Positions 1-8,908 of a stretch of 64,000 nucleotides of DNA are shown here, piece after piece. Position numbers and translations under genes: made by a program. The notes beneath the pieces were generated by a model, which was not told the origin of the DNA, ran no database searches, and was given only the letters and a program-made list of their open reading frames with translations. This DNA is from an uncultured Nitrospirota bacterium (lineage in GTDB: Bacteria; Nitrospirota; Nitrospiria; 2-01-FULL-66-17), in contig CAZMYW010000008.1 in NCBI GenBank assembly GCA_964570625.1, positions 43,166 through 107,165 on the forward strand. The letters run 5' to 3'. How positions within the stretch are numbered: position 1 is the first letter of the stretch; every line of letters starts with the position of its first letter.

Positions 1-2
1 AC

Positions 3-890
3 GGCGTGGCATTCGACCCCAAGGACTCGATGGGCATCAACGTCGGCAACAACGGAGGCGACCAAACCGTCGCCCCCGGGCAGAGCCGAAACTACACGTA
101 CTACGCACATCCCGAATACGGCGAGAACGGGGCGTTGATCCAGGACTGGGGCAACGTGGTGTCGAACCCCCGCGACGGGCTCTTCGGGGCCATTATCGTC
201 GGACCCAAGGGGTCCAAGTACCGGGATCCGGTCACGGGTGCAGACATTACCATGAAGAACTCGTGGCAAGCCGATGTCATCGTGGATCGGTCGATCCCCG
301 GGAACGAGAAGAAATCCAACTATCGGGATTTCGCCTTACTGTTCCAGGACGAGGACAACCTCTTGGGGACGAGTTTCATGCCGTACGCGTCCAAGGTGGC
401 GGGGTTGACCGGGGTGAATTACCGGGCGGCGAACCCATTGGACTACGCCCTCGACAACGACGGGTGTGACATCGGCACCCTGTTTTCGTGTGTGGCGGAG
501 AAGGGCGGCCTGAACACCCCGATCCTGGAGGCGCATGCCGGCGATCCCGTCATGATTCACGTGTTCGGCGGGTTTTCTGAGCAGGTCGGCGTCTTCGCGA
601 TCGATGGCCACGAGTGGCCGATGGACCGCTTCCGCGGCGCGCACCTGCACAGTTCGTTGGAGTTCGGCGGCACTTCCTACCTCCGCGTCGATCTTCGCGG
701 CGGAGCCGGCGGGCCGGCCAAGTTGCCGGGCGACTACGTGTACATGAACCACCGCCCGGCCTACATCGATGCCGGACAGTGGGGTATCTTGAAAGTGATG
801 CCGCCGGGAGACAAGCGGATCTTAGCGCTTGGCGCGACGGACTTTGACGTGCGCCCGGCGTCGTTTCAGGATAGCGAACCCACGCAGTAA
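3..890 (+). CDS. C-terminal part of a large multicopper oxidase-like protein (MnxG/McoA-type cupredoxin repeats), truncated at window start
   Basis: Frame is open from the window edge. Motifs GLFGAIIV, GVNYR, TPILEAHAGDPVMIHV, GGAGG..PGDYVY and GQWGILKV resemble the last cupredoxin domains of large MCOs. Confidence 0.7.
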   Translation, partial: GVAFDPKDSMGINVGNNGGDQTVAPGQSRNYTYYAHPEYGENGALIQDWGNVVSNPRDGLFGAIIVGPKGSKYRDPVTGADITMKNSWQADVIVDRSIPGNEKKSNYRDFALLFQDEDNLLGTSFMPYASKVAGLTGVNYRAANPLDYALDNDGCDIGTLFSCVAEKGGLNTPILEAHAGDPVMIHVFGGFSEQVGVFAIDGHEWPMDRFRGAHLHSSLEFGGTSYLRVDLRGGAGGPAKLPGDYVYMNHRPAYIDAGQWGILKVMPPGDKRILALGATDFDVRPASFQDSEPTQ

Positions 891-944
891 CTGATCGCCT
901 CAGCCCCGCCTCCGGATGTTCCGGTGGCGAGGGACGGTTTGTCC

Positions 945-979
945 GGGGAGGAGCCAAGAGGCTCCTCCCCATTTTTTTT
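945..979 (+). terminator. Intrinsic terminator
   Basis: Perfect 11-bp stem GGGGAGGAGCC-aaga-GGCTCCTCCCC followed by a T tract, downstream of the MCO gene. Confidence 0.9.
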
Positions 980-1041
980 GTTCAGCAGATCGGAGAAGAG
1001 GGCCGGTCGATCGTTTCGAGCGGACCGGCGTGGGACGGGAG

Positions 1042-1989
1042 CTACTGGAAAGCGCCCATCCTGCGGAACTTTTCGTAGCGGGTGAGCAACAGCTCTTCGG
1101 CGGAGCGTTCGGAGATCTCGGCCAGATGACGGGTGAGCGAACGTTTGATCGAAGCCGCGGTTTCCGCGGGATGCCGGTGCGCGCAACCCGCCGGCTCCGA
1201 AATGATTTCGTCGATCACCCCTAGGGCCATGAGGTCTTTGGCCGTCATCTTGAGCGCCTCGGCCGCCTCGGCCGTCTTGTCGGGGCTCTTCCAGAGAATC
1301 GCCGCGCAGCCTTCCGGGCTGATAACCGAGTAGACCGAGTACTCCAACATGAGAATACGATCGGTCACACCCAGCGCGAGTGCGCCGCCGCTCCCGCCCT
1401 CGCCGATCACCACCGCGATACTCGGCGTGCGGAGTTCCGCCATCAAGCGAAGGCTGGACGCGATCGCCTCCGATTGCCCCCGTTCCTCGGCTCCCACACC
1501 GGGATACGCGCCGGGGGTATCGATGAACGTGATGACCGGACGATTAAACCGTTCGGCGAGCCGCATCAGGCGCTGCGCCTTACGATATCCTTCGGGATGC
1601 GGCATGCCGAAGTTGCGTTTGACCCGCTCCCGGACGTTACGGCCTTTTTGGTGGCCGATCACGAACACCGGCGAACCGTCCAGGCGTCCGACACCGCCTA
1701 CCACGGCGGCGTCATCGGCGAATAGGCGGTCGCCGTGCAGCTCCACGAAGTCGGGCACCAGAAACCCGAGATAGTCGAGTGTGGTGGGGCGGTTGGCGTG
1801 GCGGGCGATCTGGAGCGTTTGCAGTGGTGTCAGTCGTCCGTAGATGTCGCGGCGGAGTTGGTTGGCCCGCTTCTGAAGTTTTTGGATCTCTTCTTGCGAC
1901 TTCGGCTGGTCCTTCGACAGGCCTTTGAGGCGTTCGATCTTTTCGTCGATCTCGGCCAGCGGCCGTTCGAAGTCGAGATACTCGCTCAT
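1042..1989 (-). CDS. accA: Acetyl-CoA carboxylase carboxyltransferase alpha subunit
   Basis: Motifs YLDFERP, IDTPGAYPG..AEERGQ, GEGGSGGALA and YSVISPEGCA. Start overlaps the dnaE stop. Confidence 0.97.
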   Translation of the reverse strand: MSEYLDFERPLAEIDEKIERLKGLSKDQPKSQEEIQKLQKRANQLRRDIYGRLTPLQTLQIARHANRPTTLDYLGFLVPDFVELHGDRLFADDAAVVGGVGRLDGSPVFVIGHQKGRNVRERVKRNFGMPHPEGYRKAQRLMRLAERFNRPVITFIDTPGAYPGVGAEERGQSEAIASSLRLMAELRTPSIAVVIGEGGSGGALALGVTDRILMLEYSVYSVISPEGCAAILWKSPDKTAEAAEALKMTAKDLMALGVIDEIISEPAGCAHRHPAETAASIKRSLTRHLAEISERSAEELLLTRYEKFRRMGAFQ

Positions 1990-4900
1990 AGGGTCGCCCG
2001 CGCTGGTGACCCTCGACGAGGTCGAGTGGCGGAGACCGGGCGTGATATCCCGCGGTCGCTCCGGACCACCGCGCAGCCTTTGCCGAACCCCGATTCGATT
2101 TCTTCGATCAGGGCGGTGGTGGGGTTCACCCGCAACGCGTCGTCGGCGACGATGGTCGACTCTCGGCCGGACTGGCGCAGGAGCACGAGAATCCAGACCG
2201 GGTATGAGCCCCGGTGTCGATCCAGGGTGGCTCTGAGGCGACGCAGCGCGTCGCCGTCCACGCCGTCGTCGACCCGAATTTCCAAGTACCCTCCCGCGCG
2301 CTCGCGCGCCGACTCCAGCGACACGATGCGCGTGGCTTTGAGTTTCAGTCCCTTGTCGCCCTTGTCCACCGCGCCGTCGATCAGGAGCGGTTGATCGGAC
2401 GCCAAGAGCGCGGTGGCCGCAGCGTACAGATCGGGGAACACGATCGTTTCCACGCTGCCGCTCAAGTCCTCCACCCGTACGTACGCCATGCGGTCGCCTT
2501 TTTTCGTGGTGGTGACCTTCTTGCTCGCCAACACGCCCCAGACGCGGACCTCGTCCCCGTCGCTGGCGTCGGCCAAGCGGTCGGTGGGGGTCACGCCGAA
2601 CCGTTCGAGATCCGGTGCGTACGGGGTCAGCGGGTGGCTCGTGATATAGAACCCCAGGGTTTCCTTTTCGCAGCGGGCGAGGGTGGTGTCATCCCACTCA
2701 GGAACGTCCGCCTGACGTTCCTCATCCCCGGAGCTGCCGTCTGACGAGGGGGCGAACAGGGTGGCCTGACCGATTCGGCGTTCGGTCTGCGCCGCCGCGG
2801 CGGCCTCCATCGTGGGATCCAGGGTGTCCATCAGCTGCGCGCGGCGCGCGCCGGTTGAGGCGAAGGCGCCGCATTTAATCAGACTGTCGATGACCCGCCG
2901 ATTGACCTTGCGGAGGTCCACCTCGCGGCAAAAATGAGCCAGGGAGCGAAAACGGCCGTGGGTGCGCCGCGCGTCCAGGACCGATTCGATCGCACCGGCC
3001 CCGACGTTTTTGATCGCCACCAGGCCGAAGCGGATGGCGCTGTCCGCGATCGTGAATCCTTCGTTGCTCTGGTTCACGTCGGGCGGAAGAATCGCGATGC
3101 CCATCGTGCGGCACTCCCCGATGTACTGCACGATCTTGTCTTCGTTGCCGATTTCGCTGGTGAGGAGCGCGGCCATGAACTCGAGGGGGTGATGGGCCTT
3201 GAGGTACGCGGTATGGTAGGTGATGAGCGCGTAAGCCGCGCTATGGCTCTTGTTGAACCCGTAGCCCGCGAAGTAGGCCATGAGGTCGAAAATCTTCTCG
3301 GCCTTCTTCGCGTCCACGCGGTTCTTGGCCGCGCCGGCGATGAACAGGGTTTTCTGCTTCTCCATCTCTTCGGGAAGCTTTTTGCCCATGGCGCGACGGA
3401 GCAGATCCGCCTCGCCGAGCGAAAACCCGGCCAGACGGTTGGCGATCTTCATGACCTGCTCCTGGTACACGATCACCCCGTAAGTCTCCCTGAGCAGGTC
3501 CTCCAGCTCCGGCACCTCATACTGGATTTTCGTTTGCCCGCGTTTGCGTTTGATGAAATCATCCAGCATGCCGCTGCCGATCGGTCCGGGGCGGTAGAGC
3601 GCGAGGATGGCGATCAGGTCCTCGAACCGTTCCGGGCGCATCTTGACCAGGAGGTCTCGCATCCCTCCGCTCTCCAACTGGAAAATGCCGGTCGTCTGCC
3701 CGGTTCCCAGCAGGTCGTAGGTCTTGGCGTCGTCGAGCGGGATTTCGGAGGCCGCGATCGGCGGGTCATCCGGCCGGCTGGCGTTGATCCCCTTGACCGC
3801 GTGATCGATCACGGTCAGCGTGCGAAGCCCGAGAAAATCGAACTTCACCAACCCGATTTTTTCGATATCGGTCATCGCGAACTGGGTGACGGTTTCGCCG
3901 TTGACCCCGCGATATAACGGCACGTGGTCGGTCAACGGTTCCTTCGAAATGACCACACCGGCCGCGTGGGTGGAAGCGTGTCGCGTCATGCCTTCGAGGG
4001 ACTTGGCCAGCGCAATCATCTCGCCGATTCTTGGGTCTGTTTCCGCCAGTTCTTTGAGCCGCGGTTCTTCGGCGAGCGCCTCTTCCAGCGTGATGTTCAA
4101 GGTGGTGGGGACGAGTTTGGCGACCTTGTCCACTTCCGCGTAGGGGATATCCAAGACGCGCCCCACGTCCCGGATCGCCGCCTTCGCGGCCATGGTCCCG
4201 AAGGTAATGATCTGGGCCACGTGGTCAGTTCCGTATTTCTGCGTGACGTATTCGATGACTTCGCCTCGCCGATCCATGCAGAAATCCATGTCGATGTCGG
4301 GTAGGCTGACGCGCTCGGGGTTCAAGAACCGCTCGAAAATGAGTCCGTATCGGATCGGATCGATGTCGGTGATCTGCAGGGCGTACGCGACCAGGCTGCC
4401 GGCTGCGGAGCCGCGGCCAGGGCCTACCGGAATGCCGCGCGTGCGTGCAAAATTGATGATGTCCCACACGATCAGGAAATACCCCGCGTACCCCATGGCG
4501 GTGATCATCGCCAACTCATCGCGCAGGCGCTGTTCGTACGCGGCTGCGGTGGCCGGGTCGGGGTTGATGCGGGCGAATCGCTCGCGCAGACCGGCCACCG
4601 CGAGACGCTCCATGTGCGCCTCGCGGGTGACGCCGTCCGGTACGGCGTAGTGAGGCAGGTGGAAGGTGTCCAGATCGAGCACGAGGTTGCAGCGCTCGGC
4701 GATCGACAGGGTTTGCCGGACGGCCCCGGGTAACTCGTGGAACAGACTCGTCATGTCCTCGGGCGACTTGACGTACAGCTCTTCGGTGGAAAAGCGCATG
4801 CGATGAGGGTCGTGCAGGGTTTTACCCGTCTGCAGACACAACAACACGTCGTGCGCTCTGGCATCGTGGCGCTCAAGGTAGTGACAGTCGTTGGTCGCGA

Positions 4901-5549
4901 CGAGCGGAATGTCCAACTTGCGGCTCATCTCCACGAGATCACGGTTGACCCGCGTTTGTTGTTCCAACCCGTTTTCCTGGACCTCGATGAAGAAGTTTTC
5001 CTTGCCGAAGATGTCTTGGTACGTGCCCGCGGCTTTGACCGCTTCGTCGCGCAGGCCCTGGTTGAGGAGAAAGGGGATCTCGCCGCGCAGGCATCCGCTG
5101 GTGACAAGGAGTCCCTTGCTGTAACGCGCCAGTAATTCCTTGTCCACCCGTGGTTTGTAGTAGAACCCTTCGAGATGGGCGAGGCTGACCAGCTTCATGA
5201 GATTCTTGTAGCCCACTTCGTCAGCGGCCAACACGATCAAATGATAGTAGGGTGTTTGATGGGCGGCGCTCTTGGTCTCGAACGAATCGTCCTGTTCGCC
5301 CGCACTATCCTTGGTAAAGCGGCTGTGCGGCGCGAGGTACATCTCGCACCCGATGATGGGCTTCACGCCCGCTTTCCTGGCCGCCAAGTAAAACTCGATG
5401 GCCCCGAAGAGGTTGCCGTGGTCGGTCATGGCGATCGCCGGCATCTTGAAGGCTGCGGCCTGTCGGACGAGCCGGTCGATCCGGTTGGCTCCGTCGAGCA
5501 GGCTGTATTGGGTATGAACGTGCAGGTGAACGAACTGAGGGCGGGGCAC
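1986..5549 (-). CDS. dnaE: DNA polymerase III alpha subunit
   Basis: PHP motifs HLHVHTQYSLLDG and TDHGN, GRGSAAGS, PDIDMDF, YQEQVM and GYGFNKSH; 1187 aa; no intein seen. Confidence 0.98.
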   Translation of the reverse strand: MPRPQFVHLHVHTQYSLLDGANRIDRLVRQAAAFKMPAIAMTDHGNLFGAIEFYLAARKAGVKPIIGCEMYLAPHSRFTKDSAGEQDDSFETKSAAHQTPYYHLIVLAADEVGYKNLMKLVSLAHLEGFYYKPRVDKELLARYSKGLLVTSGCLRGEIPFLLNQGLRDEAVKAAGTYQDIFGKENFFIEVQENGLEQQTRVNRDLVEMSRKLDIPLVATNDCHYLERHDARAHDVLLCLQTGKTLHDPHRMRFSTEELYVKSPEDMTSLFHELPGAVRQTLSIAERCNLVLDLDTFHLPHYAVPDGVTREAHMERLAVAGLRERFARINPDPATAAAYEQRLRDELAMITAMGYAGYFLIVWDIINFARTRGIPVGPGRGSAAGSLVAYALQITDIDPIRYGLIFERFLNPERVSLPDIDMDFCMDRRGEVIEYVTQKYGTDHVAQIITFGTMAAKAAIRDVGRVLDIPYAEVDKVAKLVPTTLNITLEEALAEEPRLKELAETDPRIGEMIALAKSLEGMTRHASTHAAGVVISKEPLTDHVPLYRGVNGETVTQFAMTDIEKIGLVKFDFLGLRTLTVIDHAVKGINASRPDDPPIAASEIPLDDAKTYDLLGTGQTTGIFQLESGGMRDLLVKMRPERFEDLIAILALYRPGPIGSGMLDDFIKRKRGQTKIQYEVPELEDLLRETYGVIVYQEQVMKIANRLAGFSLGEADLLRRAMGKKLPEEMEKQKTLFIAGAAKNRVDAKKAEKIFDLMAYFAGYGFNKSHSAAYALITYHTAYLKAHHPLEFMAALLTSEIGNEDKIVQYIGECRTMGIAILPPDVNQSNEGFTIADSAIRFGLVAIKNVGAGAIESVLDARRTHGRFRSLAHFCREVDLRKVNRRVIDSLIKCGAFASTGARRAQLMDTLDPTMEAAAAAQTERRIGQATLFAPSSDGSSGDEERQADVPEWDDTTLARCEKETLGFYITSHPLTPYAPDLERFGVTPTDRLADASDGDEVRVWGVLASKKVTTTKKGDRMAYVRVEDLSGSVETIVFPDLYAAATALLASDQPLLIDGAVDKGDKGLKLKATRIVSLESARERAGGYLEIRVDDGVDGDALRRLRATLDRHRGSYPVWILVLLRQSGRESTIVADDALRVNPTTALIEEIESGFGKGCAVVRSDRGISRPVSATRPRRGSPARATL

Positions 5550-5791
5550 GTGATCCTCTACGGTCGACCGGTCGGTATTCTATCGGGTCGTGCGTGAGAG
5601 GTCAACCTGAAGGACTGACTTCTAGCGCGGGCTGGTACCGTGCGTGTCCAAAACGGAAAAAAACTACCCACATTCACCCAGAAACCGATCTCCGATCGCG
5701 ACGCCTGGATATATACGTTTCGTCCGCTTCCAATCTCCTTTGAAATTCATACAACTGGAGGCCGCGTGGGAATTTTGTCGCGTCGAGATTT

Positions 5792-5807
5792 TGGTACGGG
5801 TGTTGCA
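5792..5807 (+). promoter_or_regulatory. Sigma54 (-24/-12) promoter
   Basis: TGGTAC-GGGTG-TTGCA with exact GG-N10-GC spacing, in an AT-rich intergenic region. Confidence 0.65.
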
Positions 5808-5854
5808 ATAAACGACGTATCCCAGCGATCAATTGGTGCTCGGCGACCCATGAT

Positions 5855-5939
5855 CCCCGGGGAGGTCGGTCGATCCGGTGAGAAGTGGAGGGCTTCTCTC
5901 CCAATCGGAGGACCACCCCGGGGAAGGGGTGCTTCCCTT
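5855..5939 (+). ncRNA. Candidate structured RNA (unassigned) downstream of the sigma54 promoter
   Basis: Nested stems CCCCGGGG/CCCCGGGG, GGTC/GACC, TCCG/CGGA and GAGAAG/CTTCTC, then an AAGGG/CCCTT hairpin. I recognise no family. Confidence 0.35.
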
Positions 5940-5966
5940 GCCCTGTCCCACCGCCTATGTTATCGT
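5938..5966 (+). promoter_or_regulatory. Sigma70-type promoter of the PolX-like gene
   Basis: TTGCCC-N17-TATCGT with a TG extension; in-frame GTG 8 nt downstream. Confidence 0.5.
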
Positions 5967-5974
5967 CCCACGCC

Positions 5975-6472
5975 GTGACCCCGTGTGAGACCAATCGCGT
6001 GGTGGCCCGCTCGTTCATCCGAATGGCTCAACTGTTAGAACGCCAAGGCGACAATCCCTATCGCGCCCGGGCGTATCGGCGGGGAGCCGGTGCGGTGTGG
6101 TCCTGCCGTGAGCCCATCGAGCGGATCGCGTCCCAAGGACGACTCGAAAATCTGTCGGGCATCGGGGCGGATCTGGCGTCAAAAATCGTTGAAATCCTGG
6201 ACAGCGGAACCTTTGTCGCCTACGAGTCGCAGATCCGGCAGGGTGAACCCGCGGTACAAGCCCTCATCAGCGACGGCCTGCCGCCGGATCTCGCGTTGCT
6301 GGTGGACGCGTATTGCCGACGCGACGCGATCGAGGAACTTCGGGGATTGGCCGCATCCCATCTCCTTCGCAGTCTGCCCGGGGTGACTCGAACCTCGGAA
6401 CGACAAGTCCTCGAGTGGATCGACCGCTGCCACGGCCCCGCCGCCGTGCCCGTCACGGGGTCCCCGACGTGA
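5975..6472 (+). CDS. Helix-hairpin-helix protein equivalent to the N-terminal domains of PolX only
   Basis: MAQLLERQGDNPYRARAYRRGA and LSGIGADLASKI match the PolX N-terminal and HhH motifs. No polymerase or PHP domain follows. Start refined to GTG 5975 (ORF track gives 5885). Confidence 0.75.
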   Translation: MTPCETNRVVARSFIRMAQLLERQGDNPYRARAYRRGAGAVWSCREPIERIASQGRLENLSGIGADLASKIVEILDSGTFVAYESQIRQGEPAVQALISDGLPPDLALLVDAYCRRDAIEELRGLAASHLLRSLPGVTRTSERQVLEWIDRCHGPAAVPVTGSPT

Positions 6473-6562
6473 CGGCGGTCAGCCGACCAGGCGACGCCGG
6501 CGGTTCTTGCCGCCTCTGTCGCGGGTATGATACCGTAATCCCGGTGGGCTAAGAGAGTCTCG

Positions 6563-7411
6563 TTGGCCTGGTTTCCCAAAAAAAAGGACAAGGACGACTC
6601 GGACGACGAGGGCGAGAAGCGCGGCAAGTCGTCCGCCGAGGGGCTTTGGGTCAAGTGTAACCACTGCCGGGAGATCATTTACCGCAAGGAGCTCGAACGG
6701 AACCTTCGCGTCTGCCCCAAGTGCGACTACCACTTCCCGATTACGGTCGATGAGCGTATCGCCCTGCTGTTGGACGAAGGCAGCTTTAAAGAGTGGGACG
6801 CGGAACTCGCTCCGACCGACCCTCTCGGCTTCCGCGATACTCAGCGGTATCGCGATCGGCTGAAGGCTGCGCAGGAGCACACCGGCCGCCGCGACGCGAT
6901 GGTGAGCGGGATCGGTACGATCGACGGCCAGACGGTCGCCCTGTGCGTCTTTCATTTCGGGTTTCTGGGGGGGAGTATGGGCTCGGTAGTGGGCGAACGG
7001 ATCGTCCGGGTGGCGGAACGCGCGGAGGGGAGCCGCTTGGCGATGCTCGTGGTCACGGCGTCCGGCGGCGCACGGATGCAGGAAGGGATCCTGTCGCTGA
7101 TGCAAATGGCCAAGACCTCGGCTGCAATCGGCCGGCTCCAACGTGCCGGGCTCCCGTACATCTCGATCCTGACTGATCCCACTTACGGGGGCGTATCGGC
7201 CAGCGTGGCGACGTTGGGCGACATCATCCTGGCCGAGCCCAAAGCGCTGATCGGATTCGCGGGGCCTCGGGTCATCGAGCAGACCATCAAGCAACAGTTG
7301 CCGGTCGGTTTTCAGCGAGCGGAATTTCTCCTCGAACACGGCATGATCGACCGGATCGTCGAACGCAAGAAGATGAAGGCGACGCTAGCCTCGCTCTTGT
7401 CCTGCCTGTAA
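6563..7411 (+). CDS. accD: Acetyl-CoA carboxylase carboxyltransferase beta subunit
   Basis: Zinc finger [41 protein letters not shown] and [10 protein letters not shown]. Confidence 0.97.
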   Translation: MAWFPKKKDKDDSDDEGEKRGKSSAEGLWVKCNHCREIIYRKELERNLRVCPKCDYHFPITVDERIALLLDEGSFKEWDAELAPTDPLGFRDTQRYRDRLKAAQEHTGRRDAMVSGIGTIDGQTVALCVFHFGFLGGSMGSVVGERIVRVAERAEGSRLAMLVVTASGGARMQEGILSLMQMAKTSAAIGRLQRAGLPYISILTDPTYGGVSASVATLGDIILAEPKALIGFAGPRVIEQTIKQQLPVGFQRAEFLLEHGMIDRIVERKKMKATLASLLSCL

Positions 7412-7422
7412 GGAGACGGTCG

Positions 7423-7524
7423 ATGAAGGGCCATCTGCGGCGTTGCCGGCTGCGCATCCGCTCCTCACGTACGACACAGTACGCTCCGGTGCGGTGCTCG
7501 CCGGCGCCTGGCGACCCACCTTCA
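7423..7524 (+). repeat. Palindromic REP/MITE-like element, copy A
   Basis: About 90% identical over the first ~78 nt to the reverse complement of 19001-19103 (manual alignment). Ends TGAAGG/CCTTCA; central hairpin CGTAC-N6-GTACG. Confidence 0.85.
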
Positions 7525-7608
7525 AAAATCGAAACGCAGGAAGTCCCCGAAGGGGGCATCTGGCCCTTCCTCAACCGTCTCAACAGAGAAACCTTCTCAA
7601 AACTATGA
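7423..7608 (+). CDS. Possible 61-aa small ORF derived from the repeat, between accD and folC
   Basis: AAGGAG lies 7 nt before the ATG, and the TGA overlaps the folC ATG (ATGA). No homology recognised. Confidence 0.3.
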   Translation: MKGHLRRCRLRIRSSRTTQYAPVRCSPAPGDPPSKIETQEVPEGGIWPFLNRLNRETFSKL

Positions 7609-8903
7609 AATACGAAGAAACGGTAGAGTTCCTGTATCGACTGCAGTGGCACGGGATGCGGATGGATCTCGGGCCGGTTTCGCGGCTGCTCGATGCGGTG
7701 GGACGGCCCCACGAGGCCTACACGGTCGTGCACGTGGGCGGCACCAACGGCAAAGGATCCACCGCGGCCATGTTGGCTTCGATTCTGCAGGAGGCCGGGT
7801 ACTCGGTTGGTCTGTATACGTCACCGCATCTGGTGGACTTCACCGAACGGATCAGGATTAACGGCCGTTCGATCGACGCGCATGAAGTGGTTGCGCTTGC
7901 TGAAGAGCTGCGCGCTCGTATGCCGAGCGACCTGGATCCGACGTTTTTTGAGTTCACGACCGCCATGGCATTTTGGGCGTTTGCCACCGCGCGGGTTGAG
8001 ATCGCGGTGGTCGAGGTCGGGATGGGCGGCCGGTTGGACGCGACCAACGTGGTCCGTCCGGTCGTGTCGATTGTCACCAACATCGATTTAGACCATCAAC
8101 GGTACCTGGGGGACACGGTTGCCGCCATCGCCGAGGAAAAGGCGGGTATCATCAAGCGCGGCGTGCCGCTGGTCACTGCCGCCGCGCATCCTGAGGCGCT
8201 CGCAGTGCTCGGCGCACGGGCCGCTGAACGTGATGCGCCGCTGACGGTCATCGGTCGCGACGTGAGAGTCGAGGGCGCGTCGCCCGCGGCGTTCTCCTAC
8301 TCCGGGCTGACTGAACGGATGGACGGTCTGACCTGTCCGCTCCTGGGGCGGCATCAACTGACGAACGCCGCGGTGGTGTTGGCCGCGGTCGAACACGCCA
8401 GGGCGAGTGGGCTGTCCATCCCGGTGGCGGCGGTCCGGCGGGGATTCTCCACCGTCCGGTGGGAGGGTCGTCTGGAAGTGATCCGGTCCCGACCGTGGAT
8501 CGTCGTCGACGGGGCCCACAATCCCGCGGGCGCCGCGGCACTCGCCGCCTTTCTGGAAGGGGAGCGCGCGGCCGGGCGGATCGGTCGCCTGGTGGTCGTC
8601 TTCGGTATCCTCGCCGACAAGGACCTCCACGCCATTGTCAACCGTGTGGGGGCGCTCGCCGACGAAGTCATCCTGACCGAACCGGCCTACCACCGTGCCG
8701 CGCCGATCGACGCCCTGCGTGAAGCCGCGGCGTCGCTCGCGGTTCCGGTTCGAGTGGCCCCCAGCGTGGCGAACGCGCTGGAGGAGGCGGAGGCTCGACT
8801 GGGTCCCGACGACTGGTGCGTAGTCACCGGGTCGCTCTACACCGTCGGTGAGGTCAAAGCGATCTACCAGGGCAGAGGTCAGCTCTCGGTCCTGCGCGGG
8901 TAA
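7605..8903 (+). CDS. folC: Folylpolyglutamate synthase/dihydrofolate synthase
   Basis: HVGGTNGKGST, YTSPHL, EVGMGGRLDATNV, DGAHNP and TGSLY. Start refined to ATG 7605. Confidence 0.96.
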   Translation: MKYEETVEFLYRLQWHGMRMDLGPVSRLLDAVGRPHEAYTVVHVGGTNGKGSTAAMLASILQEAGYSVGLYTSPHLVDFTERIRINGRSIDAHEVVALAEELRARMPSDLDPTFFEFTTAMAFWAFATARVEIAVVEVGMGGRLDATNVVRPVVSIVTNIDLDHQRYLGDTVAAIAEEKAGIIKRGVPLVTAAAHPEALAVLGARAAERDAPLTVIGRDVRVEGASPAAFSYSGLTERMDGLTCPLLGRHQLTNAAVVLAAVEHARASGLSIPVAAVRRGFSTVRWEGRLEVIRSRPWIVVDGAHNPAGAAALAAFLEGERAAGRIGRLVVVFGILADKDLHAIVNRVGALADEVILTEPAYHRAAPIDALREAAASLAVPVRVAPSVANALEEAEARLGPDDWCVVTGSLYTVGEVKAIYQGRGQLSVLRG

Positions 8904-8908
8904 CGGGG

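Noticed and set aside
5855-5939. Assignment of the hairpin as SRP, 6S or tmRNA
   Set aside because: It lacks the SRP helix-8 motif, is too short for a 6S fold, and has no tRNA-like ends or tag frame. It is kept only as an unassigned candidate.
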